In this document: piece by piece, positions 9,583 through 19,034 of the stretch
Position numbering within the stretch: position 1 is the stretch's first letter
Layout: every line of letters begins with the position of its first letter
From: Dehalococcoidia bacterium
GTDB lineage: Bacteria; Chloroflexota; Dehalococcoidia; Lucifugimonadales; GCA-2712585
Direction: 5' to 3'
Length of the DNA: 64,000 bases
Assembly (NCBI GenBank): GCA_965261665.1
Contig: OZ253467.1
Span: 2,503,941 to 2,567,940, forward strand
Notes under the pieces: model-generated
The model's input: the letters and a program-made list of their open reading frames with translations, nothing else
What the model was told of the DNA's origin: nothing
Databases searched by the model: none
Position numbers and translations under genes: made by a program

Positions 9583-10551
9583 TTAGCCACCGACGTAGGC
9601 GGCCAGGACTTCTTTCAGCCTGTCGAGGGTTACGTTAGCGCCGCTAACGATCACCACCACCTTCTTGCCCTGGAGCTCGTCTTTCATCTTAATAGCGCCT
9701 GCCAACGCCGCCGCGCCGGCGTCTTCCGCCAGAGTGTGCGCCTTTTCCAATAGGACCCCGATGGCGTGGCCGATTTCGTCGTCGCTGACCAGCAAGAAGT
9801 CGTCCAGCAAGTCCCAAAGGATCTCTTGGGGCACCTGGTAGCCGCTCTCCGTAGCAAGCCCCTCGGCCTTGGTGTTCATGGGCGCATGGCAGACTTCTTT
9901 GTTCTTCCAGGAAAGGTACGCCGCCGGAGCCTGTTGGGACTGGACGGCAATTACCTTGACGTCGGGGTTAACGGCCTTGGCGACTATCGAGCATCCTGCG
10001 GCGCCGCTACCTCCCCCAAGGGGCACCAGGATGTACTCCACCTCGGGGAACTCCTCCAGAATCTCCAGAGCATAGGTAGCCACCCCCGCCACCAGTAGCG
10101 GCTCGTTGGCGGCGTGGACGTATCGGTATCCCTCCTCCTTGGCCAACCGCTCGCTGTACTCCCGGGCCTGGTCGAAGTTTGCTCCGTGGAAGAGAACCTG
10201 CGCGCCCAGATTTCGCATGGACCTCACTTTCAGGGGATTGGCCCCCTCCGGAACCACGACGACGGCCTTGGCCCCAAAGATGCGGCATGCGTTAGCGACG
10301 GACTGGCCATGATTGCCGGTGGAGGCGGTGATTAGGCCGCGACTACGCTGCTCGGGGTCCATATGGGCTAGAAGATTGATGCCTCCCCTAACCTTGAATG
10401 CACCCAGCGCGTGGTGGTTCTCATGCTTGAGGCGCACCTCTGCTCCGATGTAGCTGTCCAGAGCGGGGTAGGAAATAAGGGGCGTCGGGCTGACGTAGGG
10501 GGAGATGGTCTTCCGCGCCTCCAGCACGTCGGCCAGGGTGGGTCTATTCAT
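9583..10551 (-). CDS. PLP-dependent threonine/serine dehydratase family protein
   Basis: 322 aa. It has the PLP-lysine motif ..GAFKVRGG.., ..STGNHGQS.. and the glycine loop ..PLGGGSGAAG... Confidence 0.8.
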   Translation of the reverse strand: MNRPTLADVLEARKTISPYVSPTPLISYPALDSYIGAEVRLKHENHHALGAFKVRGGINLLAHMDPEQRSRGLITASTGNHGQSVANACRIFGAKAVVVVPEGANPLKVRSMRNLGAQVLFHGANFDQAREYSERLAKEEGYRYVHAANEPLLVAGVATYALEILEEFPEVEYILVPLGGGSGAAGCSIVAKAVNPDVKVIAVQSQQAPAAYLSWKNKEVCHAPMNTKAEGLATESGYQVPQEILWDLLDDFLLVSDDEIGHAIGVLLEKAHTLAEDAGAAALAGAIKMKDELQGKKVVVIVSGANVTLDRLKEVLAAYVGG

Positions 10552-10754
10552 GAGCGCAATCCTCTTCTAGGTGTGTGGGCCAATGTTAGGGCCTTAACGT
10601 TTAAGGCGCAACACGGCGTGGGGATCATTAAAGAGGACACTGGAGGAGCGGAGGCTTAGCCAATGTTGTGAGTGGCAGGCGAACCTTTATTCCCGTATAA
10701 TGGCAGCGGTAACCTAGACTAGCGGAGCCAGCCACTAATGGAAGTGGAACGTAA

Positions 10755-11108
10755 ATGACCACCGAAACACAATATCGCAGCGCAGCAACGCAACTGTTGC
10801 AACAAGCGCGACAAGAGCTGGCCCGTGGCGACGTACGGCAGGCGTCGGAGAAGGGTTGGGGAGCGGCGGCCCAAGCGGTGAAGGCAGTTGCGGAGAACCG
10901 TGGCTGGGAACACAAAACCCATGCCGCTTTGTTCAACGTCGTCTCTCGTTTGGCGGAAGAGACCAGAAATAACGACTTGGACCGCATGTTTGTGACTGCC
11001 AGTGGTCTGCACATAAACTTCTACGAGAACTGGCTCACCACCAACATGGTAGGGGTGGGGATAGAAGAGGTTGCCCAATTTGTGACGATCATGGCTGATG
11101 TGGAATAG
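10755..11108 (+). CDS. PaREP1-type HEPN-fold-like small helical protein (tentative)
   Basis: 117-aa ORF predicted to be all-helical. The segments ..ASEKGWGAAAQAVKAVA.. and ..LHINFYEN.. resemble PaREP1/HEPN-like proteins as I recall that family. It is convergent with mcrC. Confidence 0.45.
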   Translation: MTTETQYRSAATQLLQQARQELARGDVRQASEKGWGAAAQAVKAVAENRGWEHKTHAALFNVVSRLAEETRNNDLDRMFVTASGLHINFYENWLTTNMVGVGIEEVAQFVTIMADVE

Positions 11109-11144
11109 TAGGCCGTTCTATCTTTGCCCCCATTTGCGAGGCAT

Positions 11145-12367
11145 TCAGGACGCGTAGACACTCATCCGGACCCTACGTGCCCGGTCGCTCAGCGCCTTGA
11201 TTCTATGAGCCATCTTCCCCACATCTTTTAGGACGGCCTCCAGGGATTGGCACAGATCCAGAGCTTCTACTTCCAACCGCTTGCCGGAGTGCCGCACCGT
11301 GTGGACCGCCGGCTCACCTTCACCCTTGGCATAGATAAGCATCCCTCCCGGAAGGTCGAGGGCGGTAGCATAAGCCAAAATCTGATACAGGTCAGAGTTG
11401 GGCGCATGCTGGATTTCGATTTTCTTGTATTTAGCGTCACCACAAATAGGCATTTGGAACCCTCCCGCCACACCAGGTCCGGCTTGAGATTCACGCGACC
11501 CGCCTGGTCTAGTGTGGAGATGCTTCGCTCCCCGAAGGCGACGGAGGAGACCCCTAAGGCTTGGCGCAGGGCCACCGTTACGAACTCTTGGAAGACATCG
11601 TTCATGTTCATCAGAAAGCCTGGAGCCCGCACGGCACCGGCGAGGGCTTCAAATTCGCCGTAACGCAGGACAAGGAGCGAAATGGCAATTACGCCGCGGT
11701 AGTGTTCGTTGAGTCGGTCAAAGGCAACCTCCGGCACGTCGTTGGAGGGGAACTCCCTGAGAGACACGGTGTCCAACATGGCGGCGGTCCAGCCCAGTCC
11801 GGCGCGTGCTTTGGGCGAAAGAAGGGGCATCCGACGCAGCCGATAGGCAGCTGCCTTCACCAGCCGGTTGGGGAGAATGTCGTCGGTGAACTCGTCGTAG
11901 CGTACCTCTACCGGCAGGGGCGTCCCGAACCTACGACGCAGCTGGTCGGCGAACCGGATGCGTCCCCGCACTGTGTGGAGGGCCTCTTCCCGAACGCGAT
12001 AGTTGTGGAGGAGGCCTCTGGAGAAGGCGCGGCGGGCCTGAGACGCTAGAGCGAGAGCGAGGAAGTCGGGCAGGGCGGACGCGTCGGGGAAGCCGAAGTC
12101 ACGCTCCTGGAATTTCACCTGGCTGATGGCGTAGCACGCCAGGGAGAGAAGCTGAGGGATGCCTATCTTGGGCCGTATGAGGACGGAAAGGCCGTCTAGT
12201 TCGACCGCGCCAACAGTGGAGGAGGGCGTTATGCGGTATTCCGACTCCGTGCCGATTGCATGCTGGATGGTGAGGGAAGGCAAGGCCTTCTTCAGCGAGT
12301 CGCGCTCGGTTGCCGAGAGTTGATGCGGTTCGCTTTCCCGGTACTCCTGAAGTTCAATCAGACGCAT
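11145..12367 (-). pseudogene. mcrC: McrC-like nuclease subunit, split by a 1-nt frameshift near 11460-11466
   Basis: The N-terminal about 300 aa (frame of ORF 11267-12367) read ..VNLKPDLVWREG and then run into junk. The continuation ..GGFQMPICGDAKYKKIE..DLYQILAYA.., which carries the PD-(D/E)xK core D-x-K, is in the frame of ORF 11145-11471. The start lies 3 nt after the mcrB stop. Confidence 0.7.
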
Positions 12368-12370
12368 TGC

Positions 12371-14704
12371 TTATGAGGTGGCCGGATCCCCTTCGATGCC
12401 CGCCTCCTGCCCCTGGCCATTCTCATCAGAATTGGCGGAAACGGCGACCTTACGCAGCTTATCAAAGTCAAACCTGTTACGGACTTCATCCTCTCCGAAA
12501 AGGCGCTCTTCGATGTAGGGCAGCACGTTGTGCTCCCAGACCATCTTGACCTTCTCCTCGTTGAGGCTGTCCTTCATGAAGTAGCTGGGGCCAATGGCCG
12601 CGTCCCGGTCGTTCAACTCCTTATTGGCCGTGTCTACAATGTCGGCCACCCAGGCCATGCCGGGCGCATTATTGGACAGCCAGCGGCGGAGCAGGCCGTC
12701 AATTGGATACTTGTCCGGGCGAAACTCCACAAAGTAGAACCGCCGCCTAAGGGCCAGGTCCACGAGAGCGATGGAGCGGTCCGCAGTGTTCATGGTTCCG
12801 ATTATGTAAAGGTTCTTGGGCAGCTGGAACTTCTCCTCCGAGTATAATAGTTCAACCGGCTCGTCGCGGTACTCCAGCAGGAAATACAGTTCGCCAAAGA
12901 CCTTGGCCAGGTTGCCCCGGTTGATTTCGTCAATGATGAGGAAGTGGTCGGTCCCTGAGTCATTCCGCGCTCGCTCGGCGGCTCGCAGCAACGGCCCATT
13001 TTTCAGCTTGAAACCATGCTGACCACCTTCGAGGGTGGGCCGGTACCCCTCAACAAAGTCCTCGTAGGCGTAGGAGGGATGGAACTGCACCAGGGTAACC
13101 CGATTCTTGCCCCCGGCGAGATGTTCAGCGAGCTTCTGGGCAACGTAGGTCTTGCCCGTGCCTGGCGGCCCCTGAAAGATGACCTGCTTCTTGTCCTCCA
13201 ACAAAGTCTTGATGTTCTCCAGAAACCCGACGGGAAGGTACAACTTATCGGCGAGGGTTTTCAGTGAGTTACACGGAGTCGGTGGACATGGATCCTTAAC
13301 TGCCCAAACCAGAGATTGCGCTTCGAGAGGGTTGTTTATCTTCAAATTTCGCTTGCCGGCCTCTTCAATGAATCGGTTGAGAAATCCCAAGGCGTGTTCA
13401 TAGAGGGCCGCCTCGTCCGCGTCTTCATTAGGCTTCTCAGAATGGGTACGGTCGTAAGCATCGTTAAAGTAACCCACCCTGAAGGGAGGGTACTGTTCAA
13501 CGTTCACCCCCATGAGCAGGACAGACGCAAGAGTAGTACGGACACCTGTGCCGCTGCTCGCTGACTTAGGTAGAAGGACGCAAAACTCACGTATCCTATC
13601 GGCAACGGATGGGGAATCTTTTGCCCAAATCGCTTGCAATGCAGTTAACGCGATGTCGGGAGACTCATCCAGCCAATCGCGAAACTTTGCCTGCTCGATC
13701 CTGAATATGAGGTTGCCGCCGATGCCGCTCTTGACCAGCCTGGCCCAGTCATCTGAACCAGAAAGCACGGCTTCCCGCGCAGCTGCCATCTTCTGGCCAA
13801 TCTCCAACTTGTAGTCGACCTCTTCGCTGTCCAGCATTCCGGTGTCAATAAACGCTTGAGCACGTTTGATGTAGGCATCCCAAGGGTTGGCCTCATTCCA
13901 CATGTACCAAACATCATCGTCATAGAAACGGAAGTCTGGACTCTTGTCTTTCTCAAGACCTCGGCGAATCTGCTGTATCTTGCGATCTACGTCCTCTGTT
14001 GGCTGCATAATATATTTTGCGAACGCACTGGCACCGGCAATTTTGCTTTTCCAGTTAGTGTTTAGGATATCCTCGAATTTGTCTGGGAAGACTAGATGGA
14101 GGAGGGCATGTTGTTGAGCGACCGGACTGTAGGTCTTGAGCACCTCGCTTCGGAAGGGGACTTCCAGTACAAACCGCTTGAATTCCCACGGGTCGGAGAG
14201 CAGCCGGTCTATTTCAGTAGGCTCCATCTCCTTCCAGTTCTCAACGAACTCAATGACGTACCCCGGATGAATCCCGAAGTTGGCTATGAAGAAGGCGCCG
14301 GGGTGCGCGATACCGGGCTCGAGGCCAGCCGACAAGTCATCCGAAATTGATACGTCCTCATTTGATCGTCCGAGCACTTGATTGATGCGATTCAACTTGG
14401 CAGTGCGGCCTGTGGCGCCTTTCCACACGATGAGGTAGGTGGCGAAAACCGCCTCTGCCATCAGTTGGCGCACTTCTGAAGAGCTGTCTTCCAACAGGCG
14501 CTCCAGTTTGTCGAAGAAGCCGGGACCTTTCCAATCGTCGTATCTGTCCAAGAACCGCTCACGCAGTTCCCCCAGCAAATCCCTAGTCCAGATGGGCTTG
14601 CCAGGCGTGAAGAGGGAATCGTCGGAACGGAGGGCGCGGGACACCCACGCCTCCGCCGCGGCGTAGATTTTCTCTACGCCATCGTGCGTTTTTCTGCTGC
14701 CCAT
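12371..14704 (-). CDS. mcrB: McrB-family AAA+ GTPase with ~490-aa N-terminal domain of unknown fold
   Basis: 777 aa. It has Walker A ..FQGPPGTGKTY.., Walker B ..FLIIDEINRGN.. and the McrB-type ..IIGTMNTADRS..LALRRRF.. motif. It is paired with mcrC. Confidence 0.85.
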   Translation of the reverse strand: MGSRKTHDGVEKIYAAAEAWVSRALRSDDSLFTPGKPIWTRDLLGELRERFLDRYDDWKGPGFFDKLERLLEDSSSEVRQLMAEAVFATYLIVWKGATGRTAKLNRINQVLGRSNEDVSISDDLSAGLEPGIAHPGAFFIANFGIHPGYVIEFVENWKEMEPTEIDRLLSDPWEFKRFVLEVPFRSEVLKTYSPVAQQHALLHLVFPDKFEDILNTNWKSKIAGASAFAKYIMQPTEDVDRKIQQIRRGLEKDKSPDFRFYDDDVWYMWNEANPWDAYIKRAQAFIDTGMLDSEEVDYKLEIGQKMAAAREAVLSGSDDWARLVKSGIGGNLIFRIEQAKFRDWLDESPDIALTALQAIWAKDSPSVADRIREFCVLLPKSASSGTGVRTTLASVLLMGVNVEQYPPFRVGYFNDAYDRTHSEKPNEDADEAALYEHALGFLNRFIEEAGKRNLKINNPLEAQSLVWAVKDPCPPTPCNSLKTLADKLYLPVGFLENIKTLLEDKKQVIFQGPPGTGKTYVAQKLAEHLAGGKNRVTLVQFHPSYAYEDFVEGYRPTLEGGQHGFKLKNGPLLRAAERARNDSGTDHFLIIDEINRGNLAKVFGELYFLLEYRDEPVELLYSEEKFQLPKNLYIIGTMNTADRSIALVDLALRRRFYFVEFRPDKYPIDGLLRRWLSNNAPGMAWVADIVDTANKELNDRDAAIGPSYFMKDSLNEEKVKMVWEHNVLPYIEERLFGEDEVRNRFDFDKLRKVAVSANSDENGQGQEAGIEGDPATS

Positions 14705-14737
14705 TATCTCCTACGCCGCTATGTTGTGTGAGGCTGG

Positions 14738-15724
14738 TTAGCCCTCGGCTAGGCCTGGGGGAATAACGCCGGGGATCCACCACTTCTCCCACATCCGGTC
14801 CACCTGCTCCTGGAAGTAGGCCACGTCTTCCTTGGTAAAGTGGGCGAATCTGCCCTGACGCTCCAAGTACTTCTCTACGGGCAGCCGCGGCTTGCCCCTG
14901 GCAAGCACCCGAGAGGGACCGTTGAGGGTAACCTTCTGGTCTTCGATTTCGTACTGGACCCAGATGCCTGTTTGAACCGCCAACATGCCAAGCTCGTGGG
15001 AGTACATCGGGTCGTAGTCCCAGCCCTTGGGGCACGGGTCGAAGGTGTGAATGAAGGTCGGCCCGCCGATGCTGAGGGCCTTTCGCACCTTGTTCATCAT
15101 GTCGGTAGCGTAGGAGGCGCAGCCGGTGGCGATGTATCTAACCTGGGGATGCCCCGCCGCCAGCATGCCGGCGGTGTTCTTCTTCCAGCGCTTGTTCATG
15201 ATGCGGTGGACAGTACCCGGCGGGCTGAAGGTGGAGTTGGCGCCCCAGGGGGAAGAGCCGGAAACCTGGATGTCCGTATTCGCGTAGGACTCGTTGTCGT
15301 ATAGCAGGATGAGCAGGTTGTATTCGTTGTGGGTGAGGGTGGCGGAGATGGCGGAAAGGCCCATGTCCGCGCCGCCGCCGTCGCCGCAGAAGGCGATGAC
15401 GTTTATGGGTTCGTCCTTCATCTTCGCCTTGCGCATGAGGGCCTTGAGGCCGGCGGCGGTGCCGAGGGCGGCTGAGCCGGCGGAACCCAGCTGGGTGTGC
15501 ATCCACGGCACTACCCAGGGCGTGGAGTAGTAGGTGGTGTTGGCCACGTACATACAGCCCGTGCTGCCCAGGACGATGGTCCGAGGCCCGGCGGCCTTGA
15601 TCATGAGCTTCATTACAAGGGCCGATTCGCAACCCTGACAGGTGCGATGGCCGGAGGTGAAGAATTCCTCCAGGGGCGACTGCTTTACTCCCCGCAGGGG
15701 GGTCAACTGTTGTGTGGTTGTCAT
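14738..15724 (-). CDS. porB: 2-oxoacid (pyruvate-type):ferredoxin oxidoreductase, beta (TPP-binding) subunit
   Basis: 328 aa. The motifs ..CQGC.., ..GSTGCMYV.. and ..FCGDGGGADMGLS..YDNESYANT.. fit the TPP/Fe-S subunit. It is the last gene of the three-gene por operon. Confidence 0.85.
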   Translation of the reverse strand: MTTTQQLTPLRGVKQSPLEEFFTSGHRTCQGCESALVMKLMIKAAGPRTIVLGSTGCMYVANTTYYSTPWVVPWMHTQLGSAGSAALGTAAGLKALMRKAKMKDEPINVIAFCGDGGGADMGLSAISATLTHNEYNLLILLYDNESYANTDIQVSGSSPWGANSTFSPPGTVHRIMNKRWKKNTAGMLAAGHPQVRYIATGCASYATDMMNKVRKALSIGGPTFIHTFDPCPKGWDYDPMYSHELGMLAVQTGIWVQYEIEDQKVTLNGPSRVLARGKPRLPVEKYLERQGRFAHFTKEDVAYFQEQVDRMWEKWWIPGVIPPGLAEG

Positions 15725-15728
15725 GGCG

Positions 15729-16946
15729 CTACTCCCTTACTCCAATCCAATGGATTTCTTGCTCTGCCTTGCCCGCTTCGGCGACCTTTTCGGTAATATC
15801 GAACATCTCGCGAGTGGATCGCAGGGTTATCTCTCGACCGCCCAGGCCGGCTACGAACCCGATGATGGGCACGCGTTCTTCCGCCGAGTACATAGCGGAG
15901 CGAACTTCGTTGAAGAGCACTCCGCCGTGTAGGGGCGAACCCAACGAATAGTCCCTATCGATGACCCCTACGGCCTTGAAGCGCGACAGGCTCGCGACTA
16001 TTTCCGGCGTGGGGAAGGGGCGGAACCACTTGATGCGGATGAACCCCACCTTGTGGCCTCGCTCACGAAGGCGACGCACCGTAACCTTCAAGGGCAGGGT
16101 GAGGGTCCCCATGCCCATGAGCACCACGTCGGCGTCGTCCGTCATGTACTCCTCTAAGAAGGGGTCGCCGCCGCGGCCGAAAATAGTCTTGAAATCTTCG
16201 TGAGCTTCTATTATCACGTCCCGGGCGCGGCGCATGGCAGCGTCCGTCTGGCGGCGAATCTCCATGAGCCAGTCTTCGTTGACCTGGGGTGCAATGGTTA
16301 TGGGGTTGTCCGGGTGAAGCTGGAACTTGCCCCGGTCGTAGGGGGGCAGGAAGCGGTCCACCAGACTTTTGTCAGGAATCTTGACTATCTGCTGGGAGTG
16401 GGTGAGGAATGCGCCGTCGGTGCTGATGGCGATGGGAAGGAAGACGCGTGGGTCTTCCGCCACCCGCCAAGCCAGAAAGGCGGTGTCAATGCAGTCCTGG
16501 GCCGTGGCGGCCCAGTTGAGCATCCAGCCCAGGTCTCGAACGGCAAGGGCATCGTTATGTTCACAACCGAAGGCCCCCGGATCATCCAGCGCTCTATTGC
16601 CGACCATGGCTACCATGGGCAGACGGAGGCCGCAGGTGACGGCCAGAGCCTCGAAGGCGTAAAACCAGCCCACGCCGCTGGAACCGGTGAAGACCCGCGC
16701 ACCGACGGCGGAAGCATGCTTCACTATCTCGAACTGGGAGTGTTCGCTTTCCGCCACTATGTACTCGCAGGTCAGCTCGCCGTCGGCGATGAGCTTGGAG
16801 ACAAACTGCATCACCGTGTCGTAGGGGCGAATCGGATAGGCGGTGATGACGTCCACGTCAGCCAGGGCGCAGGCGCGGGCGATGGCTTCGCTGCCGCTAA
16901 TTAGCTCCTCGGTCTCAAGGGTCTGGATTCTTGTCTCAGTCGTCAT
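15729..16946 (-). CDS. porA: 2-oxoacid:ferredoxin oxidoreductase, alpha subunit
   Basis: 405 aa. The N-terminus ..ELISGSEAIARACALADVDVITAYPIRPY.. is typical of PorA/VorA, and the gene sits between the gamma/delta and beta genes. Confidence 0.85.
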   Translation of the reverse strand: MTTETRIQTLETEELISGSEAIARACALADVDVITAYPIRPYDTVMQFVSKLIADGELTCEYIVAESEHSQFEIVKHASAVGARVFTGSSGVGWFYAFEALAVTCGLRLPMVAMVGNRALDDPGAFGCEHNDALAVRDLGWMLNWAATAQDCIDTAFLAWRVAEDPRVFLPIAISTDGAFLTHSQQIVKIPDKSLVDRFLPPYDRGKFQLHPDNPITIAPQVNEDWLMEIRRQTDAAMRRARDVIIEAHEDFKTIFGRGGDPFLEEYMTDDADVVLMGMGTLTLPLKVTVRRLRERGHKVGFIRIKWFRPFPTPEIVASLSRFKAVGVIDRDYSLGSPLHGGVLFNEVRSAMYSAEERVPIIGFVAGLGGREITLRSTREMFDITEKVAEAGKAEQEIHWIGVRE

Positions 16947-18099
16947 TGCCCACCTCCGCCATGGCGTTCTCCTCCTGGTACTGCCCCACGTGGTGGAACC
17001 CGTGGGAGCGGCGTTCGCTCTTGCCCAGGGACATCTTCTTCTCCAGCCACTCCATGTAGTCGTCCCGATTCTTCTGCCAGTGTTCGTACTGGCTGTTGTT
17101 ATCTACGAAGGCTTCCTCGTTGACCATGGTAATGCAGTCGGGCACGGGGCAAACGTCTTCGCATACGCCGCAGCCGCAGCACGCTTCCATGTTGGCGTCG
17201 TATAGACCGTCGGGGGTCACGTCGAAACAGGAGTCGGGGCATTGGAGCCAGCAGAGGGTGCACTTGGTGCAGGTTTCGAAGTTCACCACAGGACGCATAG
17301 TGCGAGTGGAGAACTTCTTGAACACCGCGCTGCGGACGGGCTCGAAGCCGCCTTCGCCGCCGCGGAAGCCGCCACCCTGGGCGATGGCAGGAATGACCAG
17401 CGCCTCTTCCATCTCCTGCCAGCCCGGCATCTCGAAGCTGTAAGGTACCTGCTCATTGCCTTCGCCCGGCTCAACGGGTGTAACGTGCACCCGCTCGTGA
17501 GAGCGTTGGGAGGAGACCACCTTGGCTTCGCTGCCCGACTGTTGAAGGATGGTTGTCTGGTAGGATTCCAGGCTCACCATGTCCGGGCATACCCGGGCCA
17601 GCGCGCCCAGAACGCGCACGTCCGTATGGTCGTCCTTGTAGACCCAGAGGCCGGAGAAGCTCTTTGACCCCTTGATCATGGCCAGGTTGTAGGGCTGGTC
17701 CTTGACGTGGATGTCCTCCTTCAGCTGCTCCGGGTCCTGGTAGGAAGTGACCAGGACGGCGCCGCCGGGCTTGGTCAGGGCATTTATGGGCTGCAGACCG
17801 TACCAAGCCCACGATTCGACGCCCTTGCAGAGGGTATCGTCGACAACGATAGAAACGTCCACCTCTGTCGGCTCGTATTGGGCCAGGTATTCCTCCAGTT
17901 CCATAGCGTCGTCGGCCACCACCGCAAAATACTTGGCGGGTATGCCGTTACGCTCCGGCGAGTCCCCGTAGCGTCCAAAAGCAGTGCCAATCTTGCCCTC
18001 AAGTCGGCAAGCGAGAACGATGGAGCGGCATATATTGCGGGACAGGCTTTTCTGGAAGATACCCCTATAGACCACCTCTACGGCGTATGTAGTCAACAA
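16936..18099 (-). CDS. 2-oxoacid:ferredoxin oxidoreductase, fused gamma + delta (2x[4Fe-4S]) subunit
   Basis: 387 aa. The N-terminal about 190 aa are gamma-like. The C-terminal ..CTKCTLCWLQCP..CCGCGVCEDVCP.. is a delta-type ferredoxin domain. Confidence 0.8.
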   Translation of the reverse strand: MLTTYAVEVVYRGIFQKSLSRNICRSIVLACRLEGKIGTAFGRYGDSPERNGIPAKYFAVVADDAMELEEYLAQYEPTEVDVSIVVDDTLCKGVESWAWYGLQPINALTKPGGAVLVTSYQDPEQLKEDIHVKDQPYNLAMIKGSKSFSGLWVYKDDHTDVRVLGALARVCPDMVSLESYQTTILQQSGSEAKVVSSQRSHERVHVTPVEPGEGNEQVPYSFEMPGWQEMEEALVIPAIAQGGGFRGGEGGFEPVRSAVFKKFSTRTMRPVVNFETCTKCTLCWLQCPDSCFDVTPDGLYDANMEACCGCGVCEDVCPVPDCITMVNEEAFVDNNSQYEHWQKNRDDYMEWLEKKMSLGKSERRSHGFHHVGQYQEENAMAEVGNDD

Positions 18100-18285
18100 T
18101 CACCTCCTGGGCGGGCGCATTAAGCGCACGTTCACCCTCTATTCTATAGCGGAATCAGCGTTGATGATAGTGGAAAGGCGGGTAAGAATGCAAAGGTTGG
18201 CGTTGCTCTTGTAATTGGAACACCCGTTGTGTATGGTTGTTTCAACGTAATTGGATTTTGCGGAGAGGCTTCAGATAATCGTCGG

Positions 18286-18561
18286 ATGAGTGGCGAATTC
18301 ACCAATCTAATTGCCATTTTGGGGGTTGGCATTGCGCTAGCGACCCTCATGTTCGCCATGTTCCGCATGCTGGATCGTCGGATTGACGAAACCAACCGGC
18401 GCTTTGACGATGTTAATCGACGCTTTGATGATGTCAACCGGCGCTTTGACGAAACTAATCGGAATGTTGCACGGTTAGCGGAGGACGTGGCCGAGCTCAA
18501 GGGGTCTCTCACCATCATACGTGACGCCATTAGGCTCCGCGTGGCTGAGCCGACCGAGTAG
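18286..18561 (+). CDS. Small N-terminally anchored single-pass membrane protein with heptad-repeat coiled coil
   Basis: The TM helix ..LIAILGVGIALATLMFAMF.. is followed by 3 tandem NRRFD(D/E)x heptads and a helical tail. The start was chosen at ATG 18286 (the ORF-track start is 18229). The antisense ORF is S/R-rich junk. Confidence 0.5.
   Translation: MSGEFTNLIAILGVGIALATLMFAMFRMLDRRIDETNRRFDDVNRRFDDVNRRFDETNRNVARLAEDVAELKGSLTIIRDAIRLRVAEPTE
18394..18456 (+). repeat. 3 x 21-bp in-frame tandem repeat (encodes NRRFDDV/NRRFDDV/NRRFDET)
   Basis: The units are aaccggcgctttgacgatgtt / aatcgacgctttgatgatgtc / aaccggcgctttgacgaaact, read directly from the sequence. Confidence 0.9.
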
Positions 18562-18951
18562 TCACTCCGCATCCATTTCCTGACTCGGCTCCCGCGAGTC
18601 GGATTTCACCGATGCGTTCTCGTCCTCCTCCAACTCATCGGTGAGGGTTGATTCAACCTTGGGCGCTTTGGTGCGGTGGGCGGCGGAGATTATCGCAGTG
18701 CTGGCCAGCGGATAGGTGAGAAGCACGAACACCAGCGTCAGAGCGGCGAGAACGCTGAGGGTCACCGACCGGCCAGCAAAGTGGATGATCACCCCCAGAA
18801 GCAACAATGCGATGCCGCCTGTGGAGCCCAGGCTGGTGGCATGCAGCCGGGTATACACATCGGGGAAACGGAGGAGGCCCAGAACGCCCAGAAGGGTCCA
18901 GGCCGCCCCGGCTGCCATGAGAAGCGCAGCAATACCGTCGGCTACGGACAT
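18562..18951 (-). CDS. mrpG: Na+(K+)/H+ antiporter subunit G
   Basis: ..LLGVLGLLRFPDVYTRLHATSL.. is the MnhG signature. It has an acidic C-terminal tail. The start was set at ATG 18951. Confidence 0.85.
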   Translation of the reverse strand: MSVADGIAALLMAAGAAWTLLGVLGLLRFPDVYTRLHATSLGSTGGIALLLLGVIIHFAGRSVTLSVLAALTLVFVLLTYPLASTAIISAAHRTKAPKVESTLTDELEEDENASVKSDSREPSQEMDAE

Positions 18952-19034
18952 TTCAGCGCCATCCCGCCATGCACGCGGGCAGGCAGGTTGCCCTCCCACC
19001 TGCGCAACCCAAATAGAATTGCCGGTCGTTCATG

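Noticed and set aside
18144-18572. 142-aa minus-strand ORF with an RRLTSSK repeat
   Set aside because: It is the antisense translation of the 21-bp repeat. The plus-strand frame gives a TM helix plus heptads. The minus frame is S/R-rich and has no start context.
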